Shown here: positions 48,775-59,472 of the stretch, piece after piece
How positions within the stretch are numbered: position 1 is the stretch's first letter
How the letters are laid out: each line of letters opens with the position of its first letter
Assembly (NCBI GenBank): GCA_044227665.1
Contig: JBGAWK010000007.1
Span: 10,965 to 74,964, forward strand
Origin: Chitinophagales bacterium
Lineage (GTDB): Bacteria > Bacteroidota > Bacteroidia > Chitinophagales > JADIYW01
Direction: 5' to 3'
DNA: 64,000 bases
Notes under the pieces: generated by a model
What the model was told of the DNA's origin: nothing
Database searches by the model: none
What the model saw: the letters and a program-made list of their open reading frames with translations, nothing else
Translations under genes and position numbers: made by a program

Positions 48775-50307
48775 CTATTTGCTGCCGGGTTTCTTGATAA
48801 TAAGTTTACTGCCAATTTTTATGTCTGCCGTAGTGAGTTTATTCCATTTTTTTAGCTCATCTACAGTACAATCGTATTTTTTTGCTAAGCTGTATAGTGT
48901 ATCTCCTTTTTTGATGATGTGGGTGATAGGGTAGGTGGGTTTCTTGGGGACAGGAGGCTTAGGAGGGGTAGGCTTTGTAGTACTTGAGGTAGGCGTGTTT
49001 TTCACTACTGTGTTACTATCTTTTTTAAGAGTTGTTTGATTAGACGTAACTTTTGTGAAGTCTTTTTTTTGCTCTGCCAAAAAAATACTGTCAGCGGCTC
49101 TTTTAATGCTGTCGGCTTTTATGGATAGCTGAAGCCTAAGCAATGCAGTATCATTAGGAAGGCTAGTAGGCACTGTGTCTTTGACAGGTAGTTGTTTGTT
49201 GTTGAGAATTGCCAATACAGGATCTGTCTTATATACACTTTGATTGTATTTGTTGCTAAATATGATAATAGTAGTAGTATCTTTTAAATATCGTTTGAAT
49301 ACGATATTGTAGTCATGCCACCAACCATTGTGGTAAATTATCTTTGAGCCTTCATCTGTAGCGTAAGTGCGCCAGCCCAAGCCATAATTTTTTCTACTTG
49401 AGGTTACATTGTTATTTTTATAAGCTTCTTTTATAGATTTTGGTGTTAGTAAAATATTGGTGTACCACGACTGATCCCACTTGAGCATATCTTCTACAGT
49501 AGAATAGATGCCTTTGTCTCCCCATGCACCATCATACATATCTGGCACTCTCCTCTTCCAACTGTAACTATATCCATAGGTCTGAGATTTTTTTCTATTG
49601 TCTTCAGGATGCCATACCCATGTGTTGTTCATACCCAAGGGCTTGAATATATTTTTTTCCAAAAATTTATCAAAAGATAGGCCGCTTACTTTCTCTACTA
49701 ATGCAGCTAGAATTACATAATTAGTGTTGTTATAATCAAAAGTAGTGTTGGGTGCTGCAACAATCTTGGGTTTGTAACACTCCATCATGTAATATACATC
49801 CCAGTTATCCATATATTTTTTTGAATCCCAATATTTTTCTGAGAAGATAAGATAGTCGGGAAGCCCACTTCTATGACATAACAACATCCTTACCGTAATA
49901 TTACTATAGGGAAAATCAGGGAAATATACTTGTAGTGAATCATCTAATTTAATTTTACCTCTATCTACAAGCATTAGTATGGCAGCTGCTGTAAAAGGTT
50001 TGCTGGTACTGGCAAGCTGGAAGCTGGAGTTGATATTCAATTTTTCCCAAGTTTCTTTATTGGCATAACCATAGGATTTGCTGAAAATAGGCTTGCCCTT
50101 CTGTGCTATTAGTACATTGCCATTAAACTTTCCAGATTCATATTTGCCTGTAAAATAATCATCCAACTGTTGAATGTTGAATTTTAATAATTCTTTCGAT
50201 GTATCTATTACGGAGAATAATTCATCACTATTTGCCTCATCATCTTGTGCTGATAAGTTGAGCGTAATGCATACAAAGCTTAGTAATAGTATTATTTTTT
50301 TGAACAT
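48775..50307 (-). CDS. Serine hydrolase, beta-lactamase/class C PBP family, with C-terminal LysM (ATG 50307 preferred)
   Basis: LASTSKPF (SxxK), DYNNTNY (YxN) and YHNGWW, then a Pro/Thr linker and HIIKKGDTLYSLAKKY...LKKWNKL...IKIGSKLII. Confidence 0.88.
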   Translation of the reverse strand: MFKKIILLLSFVCITLNLSAQDDEANSDELFSVIDTSKELLKFNIQQLDDYFTGKYESGKFNGNVLIAQKGKPIFSKSYGYANKETWEKLNINSSFQLASTSKPFTAAAILMLVDRGKIKLDDSLQVYFPDFPYSNITVRMLLCHRSGLPDYLIFSEKYWDSKKYMDNWDVYYMMECYKPKIVAAPNTTFDYNNTNYVILAALVEKVSGLSFDKFLEKNIFKPLGMNNTWVWHPEDNRKKSQTYGYSYSWKRRVPDMYDGAWGDKGIYSTVEDMLKWDQSWYTNILLTPKSIKEAYKNNNVTSSRKNYGLGWRTYATDEGSKIIYHNGWWHDYNIVFKRYLKDTTTIIIFSNKYNQSVYKTDPVLAILNNKQLPVKDTVPTSLPNDTALLRLQLSIKADSIKRAADSIFLAEQKKDFTKVTSNQTTLKKDSNTVVKNTPTSSTTKPTPPKPPVPKKPTYPITHIIKKGDTLYSLAKKYDCTVDELKKWNKLTTADIKIGSKLIIKKPGSK

Positions 50308-50383
50308 AGTTCTAAAGCCGAGCAAAAATAATGGCTCTATAATTTTTTATTATCTAAAAAATGTCAACGATTGTTAGACTTGA

Positions 50384-51877
50384 TTAATCTTCTGAAACTT
50401 CCATTATGCCTCTGTCTTTGGCTTCCAGGCTACTTTCGCCCATAAGAGAAATGTCTATAGCTCTTGCCGCCTCTCTCCCTTCGGAAATTGCCCATACTAC
50501 TAAGGATTGTCCACGGCGCATATCGCCAGCTGCAAAAACTTTAGGATTATCAGTTTGATAGTTCTCAGTTTTTACATTTCCTCTTTCATCAAGTGCAATG
50601 CCTAATTGTTCTATCATTCCAGTGTGCTGAGGATGCAAAAAGCCCATAGCTAGTAGGGCGAGTTCACATGGTATAACTCTTTCTGTATCTGGGATTTCTA
50701 CCATCTGGGGTCTGCCATCTACAGCTTTCCATTCTATATCTACTATCTTGAGTCCTGTAACTTCACCTTTATCATTTCCTAAAAACTCTTTAGTGAGTAT
50801 AGACCATTGTCTCTCGCATCCTTCATCGTGTGATGACGATGTTCTAAGCATCATGGGCCATTGAGGCCAAGGGGTACTCTCTGAGCGATCTATTGGAGGT
50901 TTCCCCAAAAGTTCTATTTGTGTTATAGATTTTGCGCCGTGCCTATTGGAAGTTCCTACGCAGTCAGAACCTGTATCACCGCCACCTATTACAATTACAT
51001 GCTTGTCTGTAGCCAATAGTTCTCCATTTTCATAAACCATATTTTTATGATCCTTCTCTCTAGCTATTCCTGAAACTCTTTTGTTCTGCTGCGACAAGAA
51101 CTCCATGGCAGGATATATGCCTACAAGATTCCTGCCGGGTATAGGTAAGTCGCGAGGTACTGTGGAGCCTCCTGTAAGTAGAATTACATCAAAATCTTTT
51201 TGTAAATCTTCAACATGAATATTTATACCTACATCGGCATTTGTCTTAAAGACTATACCTTCTTGCTCCATGATTGCCAGTCGTCTGTCTATAACAGATT
51301 TATCTAACTTGAAATCTGGTATGCCGTAACGCAAAAGTCCTCCTATCTTATCAGCCCTTTCAAAAACGGTGACAAGGTGTCCTGCCTTGTTTAATTGTGC
51401 AGCTGCGGCAAGTCCTGAAGGACCAGAGCCGACGACAGCAACTTTTTTGCCAGTACGAAGGGTAGGAATTTTTGGTGTAACAAGCCCAAGGCTATAAGCT
51501 TTTTCTATAATGCTTTTTTCAATATGCTCTATAGCTATTGGAGGTTGGTTGATACCTAATACACAGGATGCTTCGCAAGGAGCAGGGCATATTCTGCCTG
51601 TAAATTCCGGAAAATTATTGGTAGAATGTAATATCTGTAGAGCCAAAGCCCAATCACCTTTATAAGTAGCATCATTAAATTCTGGAATAATATTGCCTAA
51701 TGGGCAGCCAAAATGACAGAAGGGTACACCGCAATCCATGCACCTTGAAGCTTGAGTCTGTGTTTTTTCGTCAGAGAAGGAAAGATATAATTCTTTATAA
51801 TCCTTTATTCTTTCTTTAGTGTCCCTATATTTTGGAAGTTCTCTTGTAAATTCTATAAATCCTGTAGGTTTTCCCAT
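50384..51877 (-). CDS. gltD: Glutamate synthase small subunit
   Basis: RCMDCGVPFCH, NNFPEFTGRICPAPCE, GSGPSGLAAA and AAGDMRRGQSLVVWAI motifs. Confidence 0.97.
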   Translation of the reverse strand: MGKPTGFIEFTRELPKYRDTKERIKDYKELYLSFSDEKTQTQASRCMDCGVPFCHFGCPLGNIIPEFNDATYKGDWALALQILHSTNNFPEFTGRICPAPCEASCVLGINQPPIAIEHIEKSIIEKAYSLGLVTPKIPTLRTGKKVAVVGSGPSGLAAAAQLNKAGHLVTVFERADKIGGLLRYGIPDFKLDKSVIDRRLAIMEQEGIVFKTNADVGINIHVEDLQKDFDVILLTGGSTVPRDLPIPGRNLVGIYPAMEFLSQQNKRVSGIAREKDHKNMVYENGELLATDKHVIVIGGGDTGSDCVGTSNRHGAKSITQIELLGKPPIDRSESTPWPQWPMMLRTSSSHDEGCERQWSILTKEFLGNDKGEVTGLKIVDIEWKAVDGRPQMVEIPDTERVIPCELALLAMGFLHPQHTGMIEQLGIALDERGNVKTENYQTDNPKVFAAGDMRRGQSLVVWAISEGREAARAIDISLMGESSLEAKDRGIMEVSED

Positions 51878-51887
51878 TTTTTACATA

Positions 51888-54800
51888 TTAAAGATTAAAA
51901 ACATCTGCGGTAGTACTTATATTCTTTTTTTCCAAGGCTTTTCTATAGTCCTCTGGCATAACTTTTACAAAGAATTGCTTGAGATCTTCCCAGTTGTCCA
52001 ATATCATTTCAGCGACATCACTTTGAGTAAATTTCTTATGGTTAGATATCATCTTATATAGAGTATCATAGTCGGCAGGTTCAGGTTTTTCAAGGTTCAC
52101 CATCTCCATATTGACATGCTTACGGAAGTCCCCTTCTATATCATAAACAAATGCCATACCACCACTCATTCCGGCAGCGAAGTTTCTTCCAGTTTTACCC
52201 AAAATTACTACCATACCCCCAGTCATATATTCACAGCCGTGGTCGCCTACTCCTTCTACTATGGCACGTACCCCTGAGTTGCGCACGCAGAATCGCTCTC
52301 CAGCCATACCACGAATATAGGCTTCACCAAAAGTTGCTCCATAAAAGGCAACGTTACCGATTATTATATTATCATTGGCTCTAAACTTGGCAGATTTTGA
52401 AGGATATACAATCAATTTTGCACCGGAAAGACCTTTGCCAAAATAGTCATTGGAATCACCTTCCAATTCCATAGTAAGTCCAGGTGCGCCGAAAGCACCA
52501 AAGCTCTGACCTGCAGAGCCTACAAATTTTAGTCTAATGGTATCTTTAGGTAAGCCTTCGCCTTTATGTTTTTTTGAAATATGATAAGAAAGCATAGTAC
52601 CTACGGCTCTGTCTGTATTCAGAATAGGTAGCTGAGCAGTTACAGGAGTTTTTTCTTCTAAAGCTGGCTTGGAAAGTTCTATTAGTTTATTATCCAAAAC
52701 AAGGTTTATGTCGTGCTGTTGCTCTATTTGCTTGTATAAGCCTACAGAATCATCCGTCTGAATTTTTTGGATAATTTTATCAAGATTCAAATTCTTGTGT
52801 TTCCAGTGGTATATATTGTCTCTTACTTTTAAGAATTGGGATTGCCCTACCATTTCATTTATAGTACGGAAGCCTAAAGATGCCATTATTTCTCTAAGAT
52901 CCTGAGCTATAAATGTGAAGAAATTTATTACATGTTGTGGGTCTCCGGTGAAGCGCTCACGCAATATAGGATCTTGTGTAGCCACACCGACAGGACATGT
53001 ATTGAGATGACATTTACGCATCATAATACAGCCTACTACTACCAAAGCAGCCGTAGCGATGCCATATTCCTCTGCACCTAGAAGTGTTGCTACTGCGATA
53101 TCTTTTCCTGTCCGCAACATACCATCAGTCTGTAGTACTACTCTACTGCGTAAATTATTTTTTACTAATGTTTGGTGTGCTTCTGCAAGACCTAGTTCCC
53201 AAGGTAGTCCGGCATGTTTTATAGAACTAACAGGCGATGCGCCAGTGCCGCCGTCATGTCCTGCTATAAGCACTACATCAGCTTTGGTCTTAGCAACACC
53301 AGCTGCTACAGTACCGACGCCAGCCTCGGATACTAGCTTTACACTGATACGAGACTTGGGATTTGAATTTTTAAGGTCAAATATTAGTTGCGCTAAGTCT
53401 TCTATGGAATATATATCGTGATGCGGTGGTGGCGAAATAAGTCCTACCCCTGGCGTGGAATGTCGTACTCTACCTATCCATTCATCTACTTTGTGTCCCG
53501 GTAGTTGTCCACCTTCGCCTGGTTTGGCCCCTTGTGCCATTTTTATTTGCAATTCATCAGCGTTTGATAAATAGTAGCTGGTGACACCAAAACGCCCTGA
53601 GGCTACTTGTTTTATTGCAGATCGTTCAGAATCTCCGTTGGGCTTAGGGTCAAATCGTATAGCGTCTTCACCACCTTCGCCGCTATTGGATTTGGCACCT
53701 ATTCTATTCATAGCTATTGCCAGCGTGGTATGTGCCTCGTGAGATATGGAACCAAAAGACATCGCTCCTGTAGCAAATCTTTTCAAGATATTTTCTATAG
53801 GTTCTACTTCTTCCAGAGGAATAGGGTTGCCTGATTTGAATTCAAAGAGACTTCGAATGGTTATAGCCTTGTCGGATTGGTTGTTTATACGCTCGGCATA
53901 TTTTTTATAGAGACTATAATCTCCTTTTTTTGTAGCATATTGTAAAAGATGGATAGAATCCGGATTGAGCATGTGTGCCTCTCCACGACGTTTCCACTGA
54001 TATACGCCACCTACTTCCAATTTTTTTGTAGATGGATTACTATCTGGAAATGCTAATTTGTGTTTTACCAAAACCTCATGTGCAACATCATCGAAGGTCA
54101 ATCCACTGATGCGTGATGGTGTGCCATCAAAGCATTTTCTTACTACTTCTTCACTGAGTCCGACGATTTCAAATATCTGCGCACCATGATAGGATTGGTA
54201 GGTAGAAATACCCATTTTTGAAAATATCTTCAATAGTCCGTTACTGGCAGCTTTTATATAATTATTGATTAGTTTAGTAGGTTCTAATCCTGTGTGAGAA
54301 AGTTCTTTTTCAGCTAATTCTGTGATAGATTGGAAGACCAAATATGGATGTATTGCACTTGCACCATAACCTATATGTGTGGCAAAATGGTGTACTTCTC
54401 TAATATCACCACTTTCTACAACTAAGGAACAATTTATACGAGAACCATTCTTAATTAGATGATGATGTACCGCACCTACAGCCATCAGTGATGGTATGGG
54501 GGCATTATCCTTGTCCACGCCTTTGTCAGAAAGGATGATAATATTATTATGGTTGATAAGGGCTTCTTCTGCTTCTAGGCATATCTTATCTATAGCTCTT
54601 TCCAGTGCACCTTTCTTGCCATTGGCGGGAAAATGCGTATGTATGGTGAAAACCTTGAAATCAGGGTGATTGATATAGCGAAGTTTTGCAATGTCACTTT
54701 CAGAAAGTATGGGCTGTCTGATACTAATTTGCTTGCAACTTTCTGGTTTTGTCTCCAAAATACTTGTTGCGCCTCCCAGCATGGAAAATGTACTCATCAC

Positions 54801-56414
54801 CATGCGCTCACGGATGGGGTCTATAGGGGGATTCGTTACTTGTGCGAAGAGCTGCTTAAAGTAGTTGGAGATATTTTGACTTTGTTCGGATAGTACGGCT
54901 AATGGGGTGTCAGTACCCATAGATCCCAGAGGTTCGTAGGCAGTCTCTGCCATAGGCGAGACTATGACTCTCAAATCTTCAGATGTGTAGCCAAAAGCCT
55001 GCTGCTGAACAAATAGTTCTTCACTATCCATTTTCTTTGTTACTAGGGGAGATTTTGGAAGATCTGCGAAAGTAATTTTATTTTTAGTGAGCCAATCGCG
55101 ATATGGATATTCTGTACATAGTTTGTATTTTAGTTCTTCATCACTAATGATACGTCCTTCATCCATATTGACAATGAACATTCTGCCTGGTTGTAATCTT
55201 CCTTTGAGTATTACCTTGGACTCATCTATAGGAAGGCTGCCTGTTTCGGAAGACATCACGAGTTTGTCATCTGAGGTAAGCACATATCTAGATGGGCGAA
55301 GACCATTTCTGTCTAAAGTAGCACCTACGATTTTGCCATCTGTAAAACATATAGATGCCGGGCCGTCCCACGGCTCGAATAGGCAATCATGATATTCGTA
55401 GAAGGCTTTCTTCCAATCTTCCATTTGGTCATTGTCTTGCCATGCCTCTGGTACTAGCATCATCAGTGCATGGTACAGCGGTCGCCCAGAAAGGTATAAT
55501 AGTTCCACTACATTGTCCAGGTTCGCAGAGTCGGATTGCTCCGGATCGCATATTGGAAGCAACATATTCATCTCTTCCTTTGTGAATAAGGAAGACTCCA
55601 TCAGCGACTCACGTGTGCGCATCCAGTTGACATTGCCTTTTATGGTATTGATCTCACCATTGTGAGCCAAGTACCTGAATGGTTGTGCCAATTTCCATTT
55701 TGGAAAAGTATTGGTGGAAAATCTAGAGTGTACTAAGGCTATTGCGGAGGTGGCGTCTATGTCTTGAAGATCTTGGAAGTAAGGTCTTACTTGCCATGTG
55801 GTAAGCTGGCCTTTATAGATTACTGTTTTGCAAGATAAAGAAGTAAAATAGAATAAGTCCTTGCTATTGGGTATTGTAGTATGGATTTTATGTGTTACAT
55901 AATTTCTGAATACAAAGAGCTTGCGCTCTAAGTGATCTTCATCTGTAATTTCAAAATCCGGCACCAAAAACAACTGACGTACTATAGGCTCTGCTGTAAG
56001 GGCAGAAGGCCCTACAAGGCTATCGTCGGTCGGGACATCGCGCCATTTTAAGATTTTGAAATGCAAATAATCGGCAGCTTCGTCTATAATGGTAAGACAG
56101 TCGTGAAGGCTTTCTTTTGGAAAAAATGTGATTCCCGTGCCGTAGTGACCACGCTCCAGTAAGGTAATATTTTCTTTAAATAAAGTCTTCTTATAAAATT
56201 CATGTGGTATCTGCAATAATATTCCTGCACCATCACCGGTATTGGTTTCACAGCCACAACCTCCTCTATGTTCCATGTTTTCGAGCATGGTAATAGCATC
56301 GGTAATAATGTTGTGGGACTTTACACCTTTAATGTTGGCAACAAAACCTATACCGCACGAATCTTTCTCAAATTCAGGAAGATATAGTCCATTATTTACA
56401 TTTTCTTTCATCAT
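51888..56414 (-). CDS. gltB: Glutamate synthase large subunit
   Basis: EKDSCGIGF, HSRFSTNT, AHNGEIN, EPWDGPA, AQGAKPGEGGQLPG and CIMMRKCHLNTCP motifs. Confidence 0.98.
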   Translation of the reverse strand: MMKENVNNGLYLPEFEKDSCGIGFVANIKGVKSHNIITDAITMLENMEHRGGCGCETNTGDGAGILLQIPHEFYKKTLFKENITLLERGHYGTGITFFPKESLHDCLTIIDEAADYLHFKILKWRDVPTDDSLVGPSALTAEPIVRQLFLVPDFEITDEDHLERKLFVFRNYVTHKIHTTIPNSKDLFYFTSLSCKTVIYKGQLTTWQVRPYFQDLQDIDATSAIALVHSRFSTNTFPKWKLAQPFRYLAHNGEINTIKGNVNWMRTRESLMESSLFTKEEMNMLLPICDPEQSDSANLDNVVELLYLSGRPLYHALMMLVPEAWQDNDQMEDWKKAFYEYHDCLFEPWDGPASICFTDGKIVGATLDRNGLRPSRYVLTSDDKLVMSSETGSLPIDESKVILKGRLQPGRMFIVNMDEGRIISDEELKYKLCTEYPYRDWLTKNKITFADLPKSPLVTKKMDSEELFVQQQAFGYTSEDLRVIVSPMAETAYEPLGSMGTDTPLAVLSEQSQNISNYFKQLFAQVTNPPIDPIRERMVMSTFSMLGGATSILETKPESCKQISIRQPILSESDIAKLRYINHPDFKVFTIHTHFPANGKKGALERAIDKICLEAEEALINHNNIIILSDKGVDKDNAPIPSLMAVGAVHHHLIKNGSRINCSLVVESGDIREVHHFATHIGYGASAIHPYLVFQSITELAEKELSHTGLEPTKLINNYIKAASNGLLKIFSKMGISTYQSYHGAQIFEIVGLSEEVVRKCFDGTPSRISGLTFDDVAHEVLVKHKLAFPDSNPSTKKLEVGGVYQWKRRGEAHMLNPDSIHLLQYATKKGDYSLYKKYAERINNQSDKAITIRSLFEFKSGNPIPLEEVEPIENILKRFATGAMSFGSISHEAHTTLAIAMNRIGAKSNSGEGGEDAIRFDPKPNGDSERSAIKQVASGRFGVTSYYLSNADELQIKMAQGAKPGEGGQLPGHKVDEWIGRVRHSTPGVGLISPPPHHDIYSIEDLAQLIFDLKNSNPKSRISVKLVSEAGVGTVAAGVAKTKADVVLIAGHDGGTGASPVSSIKHAGLPWELGLAEAHQTLVKNNLRSRVVLQTDGMLRTGKDIAVATLLGAEEYGIATAALVVVGCIMMRKCHLNTCPVGVATQDPILRERFTGDPQHVINFFTFIAQDLREIMASLGFRTINEMVGQSQFLKVRDNIYHWKHKNLNLDKIIQKIQTDDSVGLYKQIEQQHDINLVLDNKLIELSKPALEEKTPVTAQLPILNTDRAVGTMLSYHISKKHKGEGLPKDTIRLKFVGSAGQSFGAFGAPGLTMELEGDSNDYFGKGLSGAKLIVYPSKSAKFRANDNIIIGNVAFYGATFGEAYIRGMAGERFCVRNSGVRAIVEGVGDHGCEYMTGGMVVILGKTGRNFAAGMSGGMAFVYDIEGDFRKHVNMEMVNLEKPEPADYDTLYKMISNHKKFTQSDVAEMILDNWEDLKQFFVKVMPEDYRKALEKKNISTTADVFNL

Positions 56415-56632
56415 ATTTTCTCCTATATTCTAAAAATAAATGAGTATTTATGGGTCATTCAATTTTTATTTAAAAAAAAAGGAATCCCCAAAAATGTAAT
56501 ATTAGCTATTCTGCTAATTTATTGACTAAGAGGATTATTTAAGAAATAATTAATTAAACGATGTGTATCAGTTAAGTAAAAATGAGTCTGAGGCGTGCAG
56601 GGCATAATAGATGTTGTCGCTGTATGTATGTA

Positions 56633-57376
56633 TTATTCTTTGATATTTTTTATAAAATCGTGTTTTTGCCTTGATACAGGTATTAGAGTGTTGTTGCTCA
56701 TGATTAGGCTGTAATCTGTATTTTTAGCTATGGAAACTATATGACTTTTATTGATTAAATAGGATTTATGAATTCTAATAAAATGATTTTCCGGTAATAT
56801 TGTCTCGAATTCGCGGAGTGTCTTGGAAGCGGTATGTTTTTTGTCGTTTGATAAATAGAATATTGTGTAATTACTGTCTGATTCACAATATATTATATCT
56901 TCAAGTTTAATAATATTATAGACACCATTATCTCTTATTACTATCGAATCTTTACTTTGTTCATCCATTTTTAGGAAATTATCAAGGTAATTTATTTGCT
57001 CTTGAGCGGTTTTCGCTTTATTGGATGCTGCCCATCTCGTAATTGTTTCAGATAAATCCGTGTCGGAAATGGGTTTGAGTAAATAGTCAAAAGCAGCATA
57101 TTTGAAGGCTTCTATTGCATATTGGCTGTATGCGGTAGTAAAAATTATGGAAATATCAGTTCTGTTGAGATTTTTGAGGAACTCAAAGCCATTCATGGTA
57201 GGCATGGAGAAGTCTAAAAAAATAATGTCCAATTTTGTATTGCGAAGTCCCTCCAAGGCATCTATAGGATGCATATAGGTGTCCACTATTTTTATGGGCG
57301 TATTGAGTTTCTGCAATTGCAGTTTCAATGTTTCAATGCCATGTAATTCGTCGTCAATTATAGCCGCTAGTATCAT
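56633..57376 (-). CDS. LytTR-family response regulator
   Basis: IIDDE, IFLDFSMP, FTTAY and DYLLKP receiver motifs; ESDSNYT and FIRIHKSYLIN LytTR motifs. Confidence 0.95.
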   Translation of the reverse strand: MILAAIIDDELHGIETLKLQLQKLNTPIKIVDTYMHPIDALEGLRNTKLDIIFLDFSMPTMNGFEFLKNLNRTDISIIFTTAYSQYAIEAFKYAAFDYLLKPISDTDLSETITRWAASNKAKTAQEQINYLDNFLKMDEQSKDSIVIRDNGVYNIIKLEDIIYCESDSNYTIFYLSNDKKHTASKTLREFETILPENHFIRIHKSYLINKSHIVSIAKNTDYSLIMSNNTLIPVSRQKHDFIKNIKE

Positions 57377-59291
57377 TTTGGAGAATTTTTAGGATTACTT
57401 TGGTGCCGATATTGTCTTCCTCGTCGTCAGGATGATCAAGTATTTGCAGAGATATGTTGGCAGAATGTGTTTGATTGAAAAGATGTATCCGCTCTTCGCA
57501 GATATTTATACCATTAGACACAGATGAGTGTCCTGAAAAATTTTTGGCAGAATTTCTTCCAATTCCGTTGTCATATATGCTTATGAATAAGGCATCATTT
57601 TTTTTGAAGATTTTAATGTGGATTTTCTTGGCTAAATGCGTGCTATTATGTAATCCATGCCAAATAGAATTTTCTATAAAAGGCTGTAGTAGCATGGAGG
57701 GTAGCATTATTTGACTTATATCTATATTCGAATCTACTTCGATATCATAACTAAACGTATCATTCAGTCGCTCTCTTTCCAAATCCAGATATAAGCTGAT
57801 AGCAGATATTTCATCCTCAAGAGATATTGTTTCGGTGCGTAAAAAATCCAAAATATTTCGGAAGAGCTTGGCGAATTTCTGTATGTACTGCGATGCTTTT
57901 TCAGTATTTTGTTGTAATACTAGGTAATGAATAGAATTTAGGCTATTGAATATAAAATGTGGATTGAATTGTGCTCTCAGCGCCTCTGTTTTATATTTAT
58001 TGAGATTGATATTTAAAATATTTCGTGTATGGAGTTCTTCGATATAATTTCTATAATAATTTAGTCTTTCTTGTTCTAGTATATAGGTTCGCTTACCTAG
58101 CGCCATGCCAAAAAATAGTATTTCGAACAACAAACCAAGTTTGAGTAAGAAAAAGTAACTTATATCGTATCCCTTGAAATTTAAATCCAAATGAAAAATG
58201 TCATCTAGCACAAAAGCCAAAATACCTAATACGTATAATAATGCATTGCCTACGAATATAATCCATTTATAAGGAGATTTGATGAAAAGTAAACTGATTA
58301 GAAATATAATGGAGGTTGTCTGTACAAATACTCTGCTGATAATATATAACGACTCTTTATAAGCAAAATCAAAATAGTGTATATTGATGATTAGGAAAAT
58401 TATATATATAATAACTATAATAGAGTTTGTCCATACAAAGTAATAGATTTTAGGATAATTACGCTTATTAATATCTAAAACGGTAATGGCAAAAAGACCA
58501 TACAATGCACAAAATAGAAATAATGTAGGCTCATGGAGATAATAATAAAAAGTACTTCGGAGATGAAATACTTCGCTAAGGATACCTGCATTTTTGAGTT
58601 GTGGCAAGCTAAATAGTGCTAAAGTAAAAAGATATAGAGCATATAATAAATAGGTTTTACTTTGTACATAATAGAATAAAAATAGTACGAAGAAAAAGGC
58701 GAAAATTATAGCACCAGCGAAGAAGTTGTTGAAAAAACTATTGAACTCATAATTCAAATAAATTCTATTCATGTATTGAGTAATCTTATGCTGGGGAATT
58801 AATACAATATAAGATTTGGTATGATAACTCAAGTAGTTGCTAAAAGAATAAAAAATAGTACAGGTATCGTAAGGAGCTACTTCAATACTCGTCAAAGCGG
58901 AATGGTGATAATATTGCGTGATTTTTAAATCCTCAATAAACCCACCACGATATTGCTGTAGTATCCTATCATCCTTTACTACATATATTGCTACATAATC
59001 ATTAGAAGCACCATCAAAATAATATACTTTAGGGATAGAGTCATTATTGGCAATACGAAAAGTTATGATGTTGTTGGTTCGTTGTAGCTTGGTGTTTTTG
59101 GAATAAGATGTAAGGGTATAGGCAGCTCGTAATATAGATGTTACATCAGATTGAGTAGGATTTTGCACATAGTATACATCCTTACAGGTATCTAGTGTGA
59201 TAATATCTGTGATAGGTGTGAGGGGATTGGTAGCAAATACAGTATTACTATAAAATATTAGGGCTATTATGAGTATACATATACGCTTCAA
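57354..59291 (-). CDS. LytS-type sensor histidine kinase with 7TM-DISM-like sensory region
   Basis: Signal peptide, periplasmic domain, about 7 TMs, then ALRAQFNPHFIFNSLNSI, LLQPFIENSIWHG and DNGIG. Confidence 0.9.
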   Translation of the reverse strand: MKRICILIIALIFYSNTVFATNPLTPITDIITLDTCKDVYYVQNPTQSDVTSILRAAYTLTSYSKNTKLQRTNNIITFRIANNDSIPKVYYFDGASNDYVAIYVVKDDRILQQYRGGFIEDLKITQYYHHSALTSIEVAPYDTCTIFYSFSNYLSYHTKSYIVLIPQHKITQYMNRIYLNYEFNSFFNNFFAGAIIFAFFFVLFLFYYVQSKTYLLYALYLFTLALFSLPQLKNAGILSEVFHLRSTFYYYLHEPTLFLFCALYGLFAITVLDINKRNYPKIYYFVWTNSIIVIIYIIFLIINIHYFDFAYKESLYIISRVFVQTTSIIFLISLLFIKSPYKWIIFVGNALLYVLGILAFVLDDIFHLDLNFKGYDISYFFLLKLGLLFEILFFGMALGKRTYILEQERLNYYRNYIEELHTRNILNINLNKYKTEALRAQFNPHFIFNSLNSIHYLVLQQNTEKASQYIQKFAKLFRNILDFLRTETISLEDEISAISLYLDLERERLNDTFSYDIEVDSNIDISQIMLPSMLLQPFIENSIWHGLHNSTHLAKKIHIKIFKKNDALFISIYDNGIGRNSAKNFSGHSSVSNGINICEERIHLFNQTHSANISLQILDHPDDEEDNIGTKVILKILQNDTSGYN

Positions 59292-59371
59292 AAGAATTCA
59301 GTGATTGGATAAAAATATATTAAAATTTTGTGTATATTTAGGTGAGTCTGTTAAATACTGTTAATCCCTCC

Positions 59372-59440
59372 CCGTTCAAACCGAAAAAACTACCATTCAC
59401 TCAATAACAAAATTTGTTTGTTTTTTTTGTTCTAATCTTG
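59372..59440 (+). promoter_or_regulatory. Putative LytTR tandem binding site plus -7-like box
   Basis: CCGTTCA (59372) and CCATTCA (59393) at 21-bp period; TAATCTTG at 59433-59440. Confidence 0.7.
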
Positions 59441-59472
59441 GTTCATAATTTTTTAACATTAAAAATAAATTT

